DNA of 64,000 bases from an uncultured Acidobacteriota bacterium (GCA_963796275.1 CAWCKY010000006.1:448001-512000); one strand, 5' to 3'; positions 1-11,436 are shown, counted from the first letter of the stretch. The notes: a model not told the origin generated them from the sequence alone. Translations and numbers: made by a program.

Positions 1-258
1 TGTCGGTAGTCGGTAGTCGGTAGTCGGTAGTGGTGCGGTTGCCGGTAGTCGGTTCCGGTAGTTCGGCAGTCGGTAGTCGGTTGCCGGTTGTCGGTTGCCG
101 ATAGCCGGTTGCCGATAGCCGGTCGTCGGTAGTCGGCAGTCGGTTGCCGATAGCCGATAGCCGATAACCGATAACCGATAACCGATAACCGATAGCCGGT
201 TTGCAATAACGATATACCGATTACCACTCCGAACCGACAACCGACGACCGACAACCGA
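1..258. repeat. Degenerate heptamer array, GTCGGTA/GCCGGTT units switching to the complementary CCGATAA/CCGACAA units (may start before the window)
   Basis: Visible 7-nt periodicity with an orientation switch mid-array; ends just before the ATG at 267. Confidence 0.9.
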
Positions 259-266
259 ATACTGTT

Positions 267-1145
267 ATGAGCTACTGGGACTGGGGACAATACAAACCGA
301 AACCGGTGAAACAGGCTAAAGGCGGGATTAAAGCGCAATCAAAACGCGGCAAGTTCGGGGAGAACTGGTGGGCGAAACGATGGCTCGCCGTTCTCGAAAG
401 TTTCAATATCGGCGCCCGCCTCCAACGCGGACGAACCTATGCCCGGAAGGGGCAGGTTCTTTCGATCGATATTACAAAAGGCGAAGTAAGGGCTCAGGTT
501 CTAGGCTCGCGTTCAAAACCATACGACATCGAAATAAAAATCGAAGTGCTCCCGGAAAGCGATTGGCAGAAATTGGCAGTCGCGCTCTCGACCCAGGCGA
601 TCTTTGCCGCTAAATTGCTCGCGGGAGAGATGCCGGATGAGATCGAGCAGGCATTCAAAGCGGCGGGACTGTCTCTGTTTCCTGCCGGTCCCCGCGACTT
701 GCAAACCGCCTGCTCGTGCCCGGACTGGTCGAATCCCTGTAAACACATCGCAGCCGTCTACTACTTGATTGGAGAGGAATTCGATCGGGACCCTTTTCTT
801 ATCTTCAAACTAAGAGGCGCAACACGCGAAGACATTATCGAGATGCTCTGTTCTGCCGGCATGGTGCAGGCGAAGACGGAATCTGTTCCCGACTTCGGGA
901 TACTTTCTGAACCGATAGCTGCTGAGATGGAGAGCTTCTGGGCAGGCAGCACACTGCCGGATGATTTTTTTGGCGAAGTTAGGATACCTCCGGTGCCAGC
1001 GGCATTACCCAGGCGCCTGGGTAATTTTCCATTCTGGCGCGGGGAAGTGCGATTTTTCGAGGCGATCGGCCCGGCCTATGCGGAAGCCGCGCCGCGCGGC
1101 TTGCATCTATTCCTCGGTGAAAGAGGCGTTGACAATGACAATTGA
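267..1145 (+). CDS. SWIM zinc-finger protein (type that usually accompanies an SNF2 helicase)
   Basis: RLQRGRTYARKGQV N-terminal motif; CSCPDWSNPCKH SWIM motif; DPFLIFKLRG. Confidence 0.85.
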   Translation: MSYWDWGQYKPKPVKQAKGGIKAQSKRGKFGENWWAKRWLAVLESFNIGARLQRGRTYARKGQVLSIDITKGEVRAQVLGSRSKPYDIEIKIEVLPESDWQKLAVALSTQAIFAAKLLAGEMPDEIEQAFKAAGLSLFPAGPRDLQTACSCPDWSNPCKHIAAVYYLIGEEFDRDPFLIFKLRGATREDIIEMLCSAGMVQAKTESVPDFGILSEPIAAEMESFWAGSTLPDDFFGEVRIPPVPAALPRRLGNFPFWRGEVRFFEAIGPAYAEAAPRGLHLFLGERGVDNDN

Positions 1146-2067
1146 ATTTACCGTTCCCATTACCCCTTCCGGTTATCTGCGGACGTTCGAGGCGGAAATC
1201 GACGTCTGCTCGGATAATGACATCCTCGTTCGCGGCCGTATGCGCGATCATCGTTTCGCATTCGAGCACGTATGGCGAGTGCGTACTCCCGAGTACGATG
1301 TTTTCGAGGCTGGCGCCCGCCAATTGGAAGGCGATAGCTCAATCTTCGATCCGCGATTATGTGAGCGTTATGCGGGCATTAAGGGGATACGGATCGGGCG
1401 CGGATTCTCGAGTCGAGTCGGCGCGGTTTTGGGCAATTTGCCGGGCAGGCAGGAACACCTCTTTCTTGCTATCGAAATGGCGCGCGTCGGACAGCAGGTA
1501 TATCAATATTCTCCCGAGTTCGAAGCAGCGTTCCCTTCTGCCACCGATGATCGAACTGAAGCCGCCCATATCGCCTGGTTAAAGGATCGCGCATACATGG
1601 CAGATCTGGCCAATTCATGTTACACATATCGCGACGAGAGTGCAGATTTATTCAAAATCAGAGAAGTGAGATGCGGGTTCGGGGCCGAAATCTTCAGGCC
1701 AAAACCGGGCGATAAACGTGTCTTCTGGCGCAACAAGGGGCTGGCGATAGAAAAGCGGACCGCTCAAGATGGGAGCGGGACCTATGCCTGTGAAAGCGCG
1801 ATGGAAGACAGCATTCACGATATCAAAGTCAATTTCGACCTGTCTGACATTGGCGTGATCTCTAACGCACGGAGCCGTGGTCTGCGGTTGCCATATCACG
1901 GCATCTGCGAAGATGCGCAGTTACGCACACCCGGGCTCAACGGCTTACAAATATCGCAGAGTTTCATCATGCAATTCGCCGATCTGATCGGCGGCGCCAC
2001 CGGGTGCACACATTTATTCGATCTTTCGATTGATTGCTTACGGTTGGTCAGATTTGGTAGTCGGTAG
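1135..2067 (+). CDS. Protein with two DUF2889-like domains
   Basis: ATG at 1135 after AAGAGG, overlapping the SWIM stop; two repeats ending GIRIGRGF...GRQEHL and GLQISQSF...GATGCTHL. Confidence 0.65.
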   Translation: MTIEFTVPITPSGYLRTFEAEIDVCSDNDILVRGRMRDHRFAFEHVWRVRTPEYDVFEAGARQLEGDSSIFDPRLCERYAGIKGIRIGRGFSSRVGAVLGNLPGRQEHLFLAIEMARVGQQVYQYSPEFEAAFPSATDDRTEAAHIAWLKDRAYMADLANSCYTYRDESADLFKIREVRCGFGAEIFRPKPGDKRVFWRNKGLAIEKRTAQDGSGTYACESAMEDSIHDIKVNFDLSDIGVISNARSRGLRLPYHGICEDAQLRTPGLNGLQISQSFIMQFADLIGGATGCTHLFDLSIDCLRLVRFGSR

Positions 2068-2212
2068 CTAGTCGGTAGTCGGTTATCGGTTATCGGTTCA
2101 CAGGGTAAGGATGCATCTGGGCATAAAACCCGACTACCGACTCTACCGACTCTACCGACTCTACCGACAACCGACAACCGACAACCGGCACAACCGGCAA
2201 TCGACTACCAAA
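2053..2212. repeat. Inverted heptamer/nonamer array (GTCGGTA, ATCGGTT ... CTACCGACT, CCGACAA)
   Basis: Termini TTTGGTAGTCG and CGACTACCAAA are a perfect inverted pair; the upstream gene's TAG lies in the first units. Confidence 0.9.
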
Positions 2213-2214
2213 CG

Positions 2215-5200
2215 ATGATTACAGATAAATCCCATTATCTCAGGCTTTCGCTGTTCGTCGCCGGCATTATCGCATTCGGATATTTCCTGGAATCGGGCAC
2301 CAGCGGTCAGCAGAAGAGCGCAAATGACTCGGCCAGTAACCGGATCGATTTCAACCGCGACATTCGGCCGATACTCTCCGATAAATGCTGGGCCTGTCAT
2401 GGCCCGGATGCGCCGAATCTAAAGATCAAACTTCGCCTCGATTCGGAATCCGGCATCAAGGCCGAACTGGGACGAGGCAGGAGAGCGGTCGTTCCCGGCC
2501 ACCCTGAACAGAGCGAACTGGTGCGCCGAATCACGGCCGATAATGAGGCTATGCGTATGCCGCCGGTCGATTCGGGCCGTGCTCTGACAGAACGTGAAAA
2601 AAAACTGCTCGCCGAATGGATCAAAGAAGGTGCGAACTGGGCGAAACACTGGGCTTTCGTAAATCCTGTAAAACCGCAATTGCCGAAGATCGAGCACAAA
2701 GCATGGCCGGTTAATGCGATCGATTTTTTCGTCCTGGAGCAACTGGAACGCCGCGGAATGAGCCCTTCACCCGAAGCCGATCGTGCTACATTGATCCGCC
2801 GCGTCTCGCTCGATATTACGGGACTGCCTCCGACGCTCAAAGAAATTGACGACTTCCTCAACGACAAATCTCCGCGTGCTTATGAGAAGGTGGTTGACCG
2901 GTTGCTGGCCTCTCCGCGTTATGGCGAGCGGATGGCTTTCAGGTGGCTCGATGCAGCTAGATATGCGGACACGAACGGCTATCAGCTCGACGGCGAACGG
3001 CAGATGTGGCGATGGCGCGATTGGGTGATCGAAGCATTCAATCGCAATCTCTCGTTCGATCAGTTCACCGTTGAACAGCTGGCCGGAGATCTGCTCCCCG
3101 ATCCGACGCTCGACCAGCAGATTGCCACCGCCTTCAATCGCAACCATCGAGGCAATTCGGAAGATGGCTTGGTGCCGGAAGAATATGCGGTCGAATACGT
3201 GGTTGACCGGATCGATACAACTTCGACCGTATTTCAGGGCTTAACGATGGGCTGCGCTCGCTGCCACAATCATAAATACGATCCATTTACGCAGAAGGAG
3301 TACTACCAGCTTTACGGGTATTTCAACAGCATCCCCGAAGATGGTCGATTCAGCAATTACGGAAATTCACCACCGTGGATTTATGCGCCGACCCGTGAGC
3401 AGCAGGATAAGCTAGCCCGAATCGAAAAAGAGATCACGCAGTCAAAAAGACAATTGGATGCGCTTTTGCAGCGTTCCGATTTACTTCAGCGGCGCTGGGA
3501 AAAATCATTGAACCCTACCTCGAACGAACAATGGTCCCCGCCCGACCAACTGGTTCTGTATCAAGCGCTGGATCTGGACTTCAGGCTCGTAGTCAACGAA
3601 GTAGACCGCTCGTCCAAGAAGGATAAGAATGACGAGAAGACGGTCACCGGGTTTAAAGAAGGGACTCCGAATTACGTTCCCTCTCCAATCGGCCAGGCAG
3701 TCGCGTTCGACGGTAAGCTCTACTTCGACGCGGGAAAGGCGGCAAATTTCGATTACCGCGATCGCGTGCAGGATTACAAGGACAAATTCGCCATCTCAGC
3801 CTGGTTCTATCCAGAAACGGAGAACAGCGGTGCGATTGTCACGCGCATGCGTGATGATATAGGCGAACGGGAGAACAATCTCCCGAAAGGCCGCGGCTAC
3901 GGAATCTTCTACGTTAACGGCAAAGTCCATTTCAACCTTGTCGGAGTATGGGCGGATGACTCGTTCCGTGTCGAAACAGCGGACCCGCTTCCGGTCAAAC
4001 GGTGGTATCACCTGTTGGCCACATTCGACAGCACCCAGCCATACGAGAAGGTTCGGATTTACATCGACGGAAACAAACAGAATCTTAAGATAAACAATCA
4101 CCGTTTGTTCAGGCAGTTTGCAGACGGGGCCGCGAACCTTCGTATCGGCGGAGGCGGCGGACCTGATTGGCGTTTCAAGGGGGCGATTGATGATGTGCGG
4201 ATTTACGATGCTTTGCCCGATGATGAACAGATCGCTGTTCTCGCCTGCGCCGATTCGCTGGCAAAGATCGCCTCGCTTGACCCGCGGAAACGCAGCGATG
4301 CGCAAAGGCTGAAGATCCGCGGCGCATTCCTCGAAAAAGGCGCGCTTCCCCAACCAAGCAGGTCTGGGGTAAGTTGAATGAGTTGAAGAATCGAAAAGCG
4401 GCGCTTGAAACTTCGTTTCCCAGCGTAATGGTGATGCAGGAGCTGCCCGAACCTCGGCCTGCCTTCGTGTTGAAGCGCGGGGCTTATGACGCCCCGGGAG
4501 AGAAGGTCGAACGCGGAGTCCCCGCGGTTCTCGCACCGATGCCGAAGGATTTTCCCAACAACCGCCTGGGCCTGGCGAAGTGGCTGGTCAGTCCGCAAAA
4601 CCCCCTGACTGCGCGGGTCACCGTCAATCGTTTCTGGACGATGCTCTTCGGCAATGGCTTCGTCAGAACTGTCGAGGACTTCGGGACGCAGGGGGAATTG
4701 CCTTCACATCCGGAACTGCTCGATTGGCTGGCGGTGGAATTTATGGGCGGGAGAGCGGGAGTGAGTCGGGGCAGACAAGGGGATGAGGCGAGTGCGAAAT
4801 CACGTGGATGGGACGTAAAAGCTCTGCTCAAGACAATCGTCATGAGCGCGACATATCGCCAGACGTCAATAGTCACGCCGCAACTGTCCCAACAGGATCC
4901 CGATAATCGCCTTCTCGCGCGCGGGCCGCGGCTGCGGCTGCCGGCCGAAGTGATTCGCGATCAGGCGCTTTTCATCTCGGGCCTGCTGGTCGAGAATCTC
5001 GGGGGGCCTTCGGTGAAGCCTTATCAGCCGGAGGGGTTATACAAAGATATGCTTTTCTCGAACATGACCACCTATGACCAGGATAAGGGCGAAGGTTTAT
5101 GGCGGCGCAGTCTCTACACTTTCTGGAAGCGTACGGTAATGCCGCCATCGATGCAGGTGTTCAACGCATCGTCGCGCGAATACTGCACTGTGCGCGAAGC

Positions 5201-5558
5201 GCGAACGAATACACCGCTGCAGGCGCTCAATCTGATGAACGACGTGACATACATTGAAGCCGCGCGCATGCTGGCAGAGCGAATGATGATTGAGGGCGGA
5301 ACGCAAGCGGTTGACCGAATTGCCTGGGCATTTCGTTTGGCCACCTCGCGGTGGCCGGATGATGCGGAGAAGCAAGTGCTCCTGGCGAACCATCATTCGC
5401 AATTCGCATATTTCCGCGGCGATCCCGCGGAAGCGGAAAAACTTCTTGCAGTCGGTGAGAAGCGAAATTCCCGCGAGCTCGATCGGGTCGAACTCGCGTC
5501 ATATACAGCAACGGCAAGCTTGATTCTCAATCTCGATGAAGTGATTACGAAGCAATGA
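2215..5558 (+). CDS. Planctomycete-type cytochrome c / DUF1549 / LamG / DUF1553 protein, frame broken near 4350
   Basis: FNRDIRPILSDKCWACHGPD, RWLDAARYADT, GCARCHNHKYDP, LamG-like FKGAIDDVRIY; the second ORF continues with NPLTARVTVNRFW and NTPLQALNLMN; one base appears to be missing near 4350. Confidence 0.85.
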
Positions 5559-5563
5559 ACGGA

Positions 5564-5620
5564 TCATTTGTCATTGACTCGGCAACGTAAAATCAATGAC
5601 AAATGACAAATGGAAAATGA
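5564..5620. repeat. Inverted heptamer array (CATTTGT / AAATGAC)
   Basis: TCATTTGTCATTGA at 5564-5577 and TCAATGACAAATGA at 5593-5606 form a perfect inverted pair. Confidence 0.8.
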
Positions 5621-5622
5621 CT

Positions 5623-7080
5623 ATGCGCCTGACAGCCTCCGACGAATTACGAACATTTATAACACGCAGGAATTTCGTAAGCCTCTTCAGTTATGGCATC
5701 GGCACAGCGGCTCTCGCGACTCTGCTGGACGAAAATGGCTATGGGGCGCTGAGACCTATGCCGCAGAACGACAAATTGCCGCATTTCACTGCGAAAGCGA
5801 AACGTGTCATCTATCTCTTTCAATCCGGAGGGCCGTCGCAGTTAGAACTGTTCGACCCTAAACCGCAGCTGGAGAAATACCGCGGACAAAATCTGCCCGA
5901 CTCGATACGTATGGGGCAGCGATTGACCGGAATGACGGCATTTCAATCGAACTTTCCGGCCGCGCCTTCGGTCTACAAATTTGGGCAGCATGGCCAATCG
6001 GGCACAGCTTTAAGCGAATTGCTGCCGCACACGGCGAAGATCGCGGATGATCTATGCCTTATCAGGTCGATGCATACCGAGCAGATCAATCACGATCCGG
6101 CCATCACGTTTTCGCTCACCGGGTTTCAACTCGCAGGCAGACCGGGAATAGGTTCGTGGATCTCGTATGGGTTGGGCAGCGAAAATAAAGATCTGCCCGC
6201 GTTCGTCGTGATGGTTTCGCTGGGAACCGGTAACACGGGAGATCAGCCCTTGTACGATCGTTTGTGGGGCAGCGGCTTTATGCCTTCACAGCACCAGGGC
6301 GTGAAGTTCTACAACGGGCCTGATCGCGTATTATATCTTTCGAATCCGCCCGGGATAGACGCTCAGGCGCGACGGCGATTCCTCGATGATCTCGCGAAGC
6401 TGAACCGGAAGAACGCCGAAACGTTCGGAGATCCGGAAATCATCGCGCGCGTCTCGCAGTATGAGATGGCATATCGAATGCAGACATCGGTGCCCGAACT
6501 GACTGACCTGTCGACGGAGCCCGAGAAGACTTTCGAGCGCTATGGCCCCGATGCGCGCAAATCCGGAACATTTGCTGCTAATTGCATACTCGCTCGCCGC
6601 CTGGCCGAACGCGGCGTGCGGTTCATTCAGCTCTTCCATCGCGGCTGGGATCAACACGGAAGTCTCCCGAAGCAGATCGCCAATCAGTGCCGCGACACCG
6701 ATCAGGCGACAGCAGCGTTGATTACTGATTTGAAAGAACGCGGGATGCTCGATGAGACGCTGGTCATCTGGGGCGGCGAATTCGGACGGACCGTCTATTC
6801 GCAAGGGAAGCTGGCTGTCGATAACTATGGGCGCGATCATCACCCGCGCTGCTTCGCCGTCTGGATGGCGGGGGGCGGCATAAAACCCGGGATTACAATG
6901 GGAGAGACTGACGATTTCAGCTATAACATCACGCGCGATCCAGTTCACGTCCACGATCTGAATGCGACGATTCTCCACTGTCTGGGGATTGATCACACGA
7001 GATTGACCTACAAATTTCAGGGAAGAGATTTCCGGCTGACAGACGTGCACGGTGAGGTAGTGAAGAAGATATTGCTTTGA
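5623..7080 (+). CDS. DUF1501 family (sulfatase-like) protein with Tat-like signal
   Basis: TRRNF; KAKRVIYLFQSGGPSQLELFDPKP; ARRLAERGVRFIQL; GGEFGRT; GRDHHP. Start moved to ATG 5623 because upstream ATGs lie in the repeat. Confidence 0.9.
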   Translation: MRLTASDELRTFITRRNFVSLFSYGIGTAALATLLDENGYGALRPMPQNDKLPHFTAKAKRVIYLFQSGGPSQLELFDPKPQLEKYRGQNLPDSIRMGQRLTGMTAFQSNFPAAPSVYKFGQHGQSGTALSELLPHTAKIADDLCLIRSMHTEQINHDPAITFSLTGFQLAGRPGIGSWISYGLGSENKDLPAFVVMVSLGTGNTGDQPLYDRLWGSGFMPSQHQGVKFYNGPDRVLYLSNPPGIDAQARRRFLDDLAKLNRKNAETFGDPEIIARVSQYEMAYRMQTSVPELTDLSTEPEKTFERYGPDARKSGTFAANCILARRLAERGVRFIQLFHRGWDQHGSLPKQIANQCRDTDQATAALITDLKERGMLDETLVIWGGEFGRTVYSQGKLAVDNYGRDHHPRCFAVWMAGGGIKPGITMGETDDFSYNITRDPVHVHDLNATILHCLGIDHTRLTYKFQGRDFRLTDVHGEVVKKILL

Positions 7081-7089
7081 TATATACAT

Positions 7090-8241
7090 ATGCGAGGAAG
7101 CTATGATGCCGCCGTTATAGGCGCCGGTGTCTTCGGGTCATGGATTGCGTATCATTTACGGCGGGCGGAATTGAGCGTAGCCCTGATTGACGCTTACGGC
7201 GCGGCGAACGATCGCGCGAGTTCGGGCGGCGAATCGCGCATTATCAGGATGGCTTATGGCATCGATGAAATCTACACGCGCTGGTCTGATCGTTCGCTGG
7301 CAATCTGGCAGAGGTTCTTCGCGAGCGTCGGGCGCCAGGAGCTTTTTCAACGGACCGGCGTGCTGTTGATGGGTCGCGAAAACGATCCGCATATCATCGC
7401 GACGCAGCGGACGCTCGCAAGGGTTGGAGTGAATTTCGAGTTGCTCCTGCGCGATGAATTGGAGAGTCGCTATCCGCAGTTCGATTTCGGTGAGGTGTCG
7501 TGTGCGATTTATGAGCCGATGAGTGGCGCGCTGATGGCTCGCCGCTCAGTTCAATCGGTGGCGGATTTCGTAGCGCGAAACGGCGGCGATTACCTGATCG
7601 AGTCGGTGCTCGCGCCCACCGGCGCGGGCCGATTGAACGAAGTAGTTACGCGCGGAGGGGCGAGAATCGGCGCGGATTGCTTCATTTTCGCCTGCGGCCC
7701 CTGGCTGCCGAAACTATTCCCCGCGTTGCTCGGAGATCGAATTCACCCGACGCGCCAGGAGGTCTACTTCTTCGGCGTTCCGGCGGGCGACACTCGGTTC
7801 GCCCCGCCTCTGATGCCGACCTGGATCGATTTCGGCGCTGAGACTTATGGCATGCCAGATCTGGAAAACCGAGGCTTCAAACTCGCCTACGATCGTCACG
7901 GCGAAGCGATTGACCCCGACAACGCCGAGCGCAAAGTGACCGATGACTCGCTGAAACTGGCGCGCGCATTTCTGGCCCGGCGCCTCCCGGCGCTGGCAGA
8001 TGCGCCGCTCGTCGAAGCGCGCGTCTGCCAGTACGAGAACACGTCGAACGGCGATTTCCTGATTGACCGACATCCCGATTTCGACAATGTCTGGCTGGTA
8101 GGAGGCGGCTCTGGCCATGGTTTCAAACACGGCCCGGCGCTGGGCGAATACGTTGCATCGCGCGTCGTCGAAGGCGGAGATATCGAAAGACGATTTACTC
8201 TGGCGACCAAAGAGAACGCGCGGGGGCGTACAGTCTTTTAG
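7090..8241 (+). CDS. FAD-dependent oxidoreductase, sarcosine oxidase / N-methyltryptophan oxidase (SolA-like) family
   Basis: VIGAGVFG; [11 protein letters not shown]; VCQYENT; [11 protein letters not shown]. Confidence 0.85.
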   Translation: MRGSYDAAVIGAGVFGSWIAYHLRRAELSVALIDAYGAANDRASSGGESRIIRMAYGIDEIYTRWSDRSLAIWQRFFASVGRQELFQRTGVLLMGRENDPHIIATQRTLARVGVNFELLLRDELESRYPQFDFGEVSCAIYEPMSGALMARRSVQSVADFVARNGGDYLIESVLAPTGAGRLNEVVTRGGARIGADCFIFACGPWLPKLFPALLGDRIHPTRQEVYFFGVPAGDTRFAPPLMPTWIDFGAETYGMPDLENRGFKLAYDRHGEAIDPDNAERKVTDDSLKLARAFLARRLPALADAPLVEARVCQYENTSNGDFLIDRHPDFDNVWLVGGGSGHGFKHGPALGEYVASRVVEGGDIERRFTLATKENARGRTVF

Positions 8242-8306
8242 CCCTTAAAGAAAATTTTACGCCTTCGCGAGATACAATTTCTTAGGGATTGAAACTGAGA
8301 AAGGGA

Positions 8307-8344
8307 AGGGCCGGCAGGTATTTGAATGATTACCTGCCAGCCCT
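8307..8344. terminator. Hairpin between convergent solA-like gene and sufU
   Basis: AGGGCCGGCAGGTA / TACCTGCCAGCCCT stem. Confidence 0.6.
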
Positions 8345-8376
8345 CGTTTCACATCCTCTTTGGTTCCTCTACCGGA

Positions 8377-8841
8377 TCACTCTTCCGTTAATTCAGTCGA
8401 AACCATCTCACCCACGCCTTCAAGCGCGGCTCGCAGCGTATGCCACGAAAGACTGGCGCATTTGACGCGGGCCGGGAATTCACGGACTCCGGCCAGAATG
8501 GTCAAACGGCCGAGGTGGTGCGGGTCCCTCTCGGGATCGAGCTCATCCTTGACCATCCGGTGAAATTCATCAAAGAGAACTTCGGCCTCTTCCTTGGTTT
8601 TGCCCTTGATTGCAGCGGTCATCATCGATGCGGAAGCTTTCGATATGGCGCAGCCTGATCCCTGAAACCCGATGTCTTCGATCACATTGTCATGCAATTT
8701 AAGGTAGAGGGTGATTTGATCGCCACAGAGCGGATTGTAGCCCTCCTGCTCGCGATCTGCCGCGCTGATCACCTTGAAGTTGCGCGGTTTTTTGTTGTGG
8801 TCGAGGATGACCTGTTGATAGAGTTCGCTTATTTCAGCCAT
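8377..8841 (-). CDS. sufU: SUF system NifU-family Fe-S assembly protein
   Basis: ELYQQVILDH, NPLCGD, GCAISKASAS, FPARVKCA; start taken at MAEISELY. Confidence 0.92.
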   Translation of the reverse strand: MAEISELYQQVILDHNKKPRNFKVISAADREQEGYNPLCGDQITLYLKLHDNVIEDIGFQGSGCAISKASASMMTAAIKGKTKEEAEVLFDEFHRMVKDELDPERDPHHLGRLTILAGVREFPARVKCASLSWHTLRAALEGVGEMVSTELTEE

Positions 8842-8860
8842 GCCAAATTTCTCATCTCCG

Positions 8861-10087
8861 TCAGGCAAAAACATCGATCGCTTTTTGAATGCCTTCTGCC
8901 AGCGCATCGATCTCTTCCTTCGTATTGTAGAATGCGAACGAGGCGCGCGCCGTTGCCGGGACGCCGAACCGCTTCATAACCGGCTGCGCGCAATGATGAC
9001 CGGCTCGTATAGCGATCCCTTCCTGATCGAGAATTGTGCCCAGGTCGTGTGGATGTATCTCATCGAGCGTGAAAGAGAGTACGCTCGCCTTCTCGCGCGC
9101 CGTGCCGATGAGCTTGACGCCGGGAATCGCGCTGATGATTTCGGTCGCATACTCGAGCAGCTCGTGTTCGTAAGCTGCGATACGATCGAGTCCGATGTGG
9201 TTGAGATAATCGATCGCCACGCCCAGGACGATGCCTCCTTCGATGTGCGGAGTGCCCGCTTCGAACTTTGCCGGCAGCACATTGTAGGTTGTTTTCTCGA
9301 ATGTCACCGAGGCGATCATGTCGCCGCCGCCCATGAACGGCGGCATGGCGTTCAACAATTCGGTCTTGCCGTAAAGCACGCCTATGCCAGTTGGTCCGCA
9401 CATCTTGTGGCCGGAGAATGCATAGAAATCGCAATCTAGATCGCGCACGTCGATTTTGATGTGCGGAGCGGCTTGCGCGCCGTCGAGCAGAACCGGAATA
9501 TCGCGGCTGTGCGCGAGCTCGATGATGCGTTTGACGGGATTGAGCGTGCCGAGCGCGTTCGAAAGATGTGCGACTGCGACCAGCTTCACGCGCGGATTGA
9601 GCATCTGTATGAACTCATCGATCAGCAACTCCCCGTGATCATTGATTGGAATGACGCGCAGCTGCGCCTTCACCTGCTCGCAAAGCAACTGCCACGGGAC
9701 GATGTTTGAATGGTGCTCCATCGCCGAGATGATGATTTCGTCTCCCGCGCGTACGAATTGGCGACCGAAGCTGTTAGCCACGAGATTGATGCTCTCGGTA
9801 GCGCCGCGCGTGAAGACGATCTCGTGAGATTCCGCGGCATTGATGAACCGCTGGATTTTCACGCGCGCATCTTCGTATTCGCGCGTCGCGAGCTGGCTCA
9901 AAAAATGCACGCCCCGGTGGATGTTTGCGTTCTGCTCCTTGTAATAGCGGTCGATCGCGTCGATAACTGTTTGCGGCTTCTGCGACGTCGCGGCGTTGTC
10001 AAGATAAACTAGGCGGCGCCCGTGAACTTCCTGTTTGAGAATAGGAAAATCTTGGCGAATCTGTTGTACATCAAAATTTGCTTTCAT
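8861..10087 (-). CDS. sufS: Cysteine desulfurase SufS
   Basis: VYLDNAATSQKP, FSGHKMCGPTG, RAGHHCAQP; start taken at MKANFDV. Confidence 0.95.
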   Translation of the reverse strand: MKANFDVQQIRQDFPILKQEVHGRRLVYLDNAATSQKPQTVIDAIDRYYKEQNANIHRGVHFLSQLATREYEDARVKIQRFINAAESHEIVFTRGATESINLVANSFGRQFVRAGDEIIISAMEHHSNIVPWQLLCEQVKAQLRVIPINDHGELLIDEFIQMLNPRVKLVAVAHLSNALGTLNPVKRIIELAHSRDIPVLLDGAQAAPHIKIDVRDLDCDFYAFSGHKMCGPTGIGVLYGKTELLNAMPPFMGGGDMIASVTFEKTTYNVLPAKFEAGTPHIEGGIVLGVAIDYLNHIGLDRIAAYEHELLEYATEIISAIPGVKLIGTAREKASVLSFTLDEIHPHDLGTILDQEGIAIRAGHHCAQPVMKRFGVPATARASFAFYNTKEEIDALAEGIQKAIDVFA

Positions 10088-10104
10088 TTCAGTCTTAGTT
10101 TGTA

Positions 10105-11427
10105 TCAGCCGACCTCCAGGTTCTGATGCAGTTTTTCGAGCACGACCTTGTCCAACTGCTCGCGTACTGATTTCAATCTGATCTTGCTGATCACGTCTTC
10201 GGCAAAACCGTAGGTGAGCAGCGCCCGCGCGCGTTCCGGGTTGATGCCGCGCGTGGAGAGGTAGAAGAGCTCTTCCTCTTCCAATTGCCCGACCGCCGCG
10301 CCATGCGAGCATTTCACGTCATCGGCTAAAATCTCCAATTGCGGCTTCGTGTCGATGGTGGCGTCACTGGATAACAGCAGGTTCTTGTTCAGCTGGTGCG
10401 CGTCGGTCAACAGCGCTCCTTCGCGGACGAAGACTTTGCCGTTGAAGACGGCGCGCGATTTGCCGTCGAGTATCCCTTTGTAGAGCTGATGGCTGGTGCA
10501 ATGGGGCTTCCGGTGGTCAATCGAAGTGTGATTGTCCACGTGCTGTCTACCTGAGACTACGTATAAGCCATCGATGGTCGTCTCGATATGCTCATCGCTC
10601 AAGAGGACATTCAGATTGTGCCGGACGAGCTCGCCGCCGAGCGATATGGCATAAGACGTGTAGCTGCTCTCCCGCTCCTGAAATATCTCGGTCGTCGCAA
10701 TGTGGAAAGCGCGTTCGCTCTCCTCCTGCAAACGGTAGTGTGTGATGACTGATCCCTGCGCCGCGTATACTTCGGTTACGGCGTTGGTGAAATAGACTTC
10801 CGTTCCCGGGGAAACGTAGCTTTCGATTACGCTTGCGATTGCGCCCTCGGCTGCGACTATCAGAACGCGCGGATGGCTAACGAACGGCGCTTCGGCCGAT
10901 GAAATGAAGAGCAGATGGATCGGCGTTTCAACGACCTTAGATATATAGATGAAAGCGCCCTCGCTGATCTGCGCCGTGTTGAGAGCCGTGAAGACCTCAT
11001 CCTGGTAGTTGGCATGCGCCGCCAGATAATTGCTGACGATTTTGGGATGTTCCACCAGCGCGCGCGCTAGATCGCTGACGATAATATCTCCCGGCAGACC
11101 GCTCAGGTCCGAAAACTCGTGTGAAAATTTCCCATTGATGAAGACCAATTGACTGCGGCGGGATTCATCGTAGGTGAATCGCTCGACCATCGCCGGAGTC
11201 AAACCATCATGCGGGGCGTTCTGGCCATATGGCACTTTGAGAACCGGCGCAATGTTGGTGTACTTCCATTCCTCATCCCTGGTGGTCGGGAAATTGAGTT
11301 GCTCATACCGTTCGACAGCTTTTTCGCGCAGATTGATCAGCCAGGTCGGATAATTGTCTCCTCGCGCATCAGCGAATGTTTTATCAATCGAGAAGCAGTC
11401 GTTTTTCTCTTTTATCACTTGAGGCAT
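10105..11427 (-). CDS. sufD: Fe-S cluster assembly protein SufD
   Basis: PTTRDEEWKYT; TKPQLEILADDVKCSHGA; operon position. Confidence 0.95.
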   Translation of the reverse strand: MPQVIKEKNDCFSIDKTFADARGDNYPTWLINLREKAVERYEQLNFPTTRDEEWKYTNIAPVLKVPYGQNAPHDGLTPAMVERFTYDESRRSQLVFINGKFSHEFSDLSGLPGDIIVSDLARALVEHPKIVSNYLAAHANYQDEVFTALNTAQISEGAFIYISKVVETPIHLLFISSAEAPFVSHPRVLIVAAEGAIASVIESYVSPGTEVYFTNAVTEVYAAQGSVITHYRLQEESERAFHIATTEIFQERESSYTSYAISLGGELVRHNLNVLLSDEHIETTIDGLYVVSGRQHVDNHTSIDHRKPHCTSHQLYKGILDGKSRAVFNGKVFVREGALLTDAHQLNKNLLLSSDATIDTKPQLEILADDVKCSHGAAVGQLEEEELFYLSTRGINPERARALLTYGFAEDVISKIRLKSVREQLDKVVLEKLHQNLEVG

Positions 11428-11436
11428 AGTTAAATA

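Noticed and set aside
1-258. CRISPR array or protein-coding repeat
   Set aside because: 7-nt periodic units with no spacers and no credible ORF
10088-10312. N-terminal extensions in the ORF track (sufS; also sufU, ridA, DUF1501, rlmI, rarA)
   Set aside because: They overlap neighbouring genes or translate repeat arrays; downstream starts fit the family N-termini better
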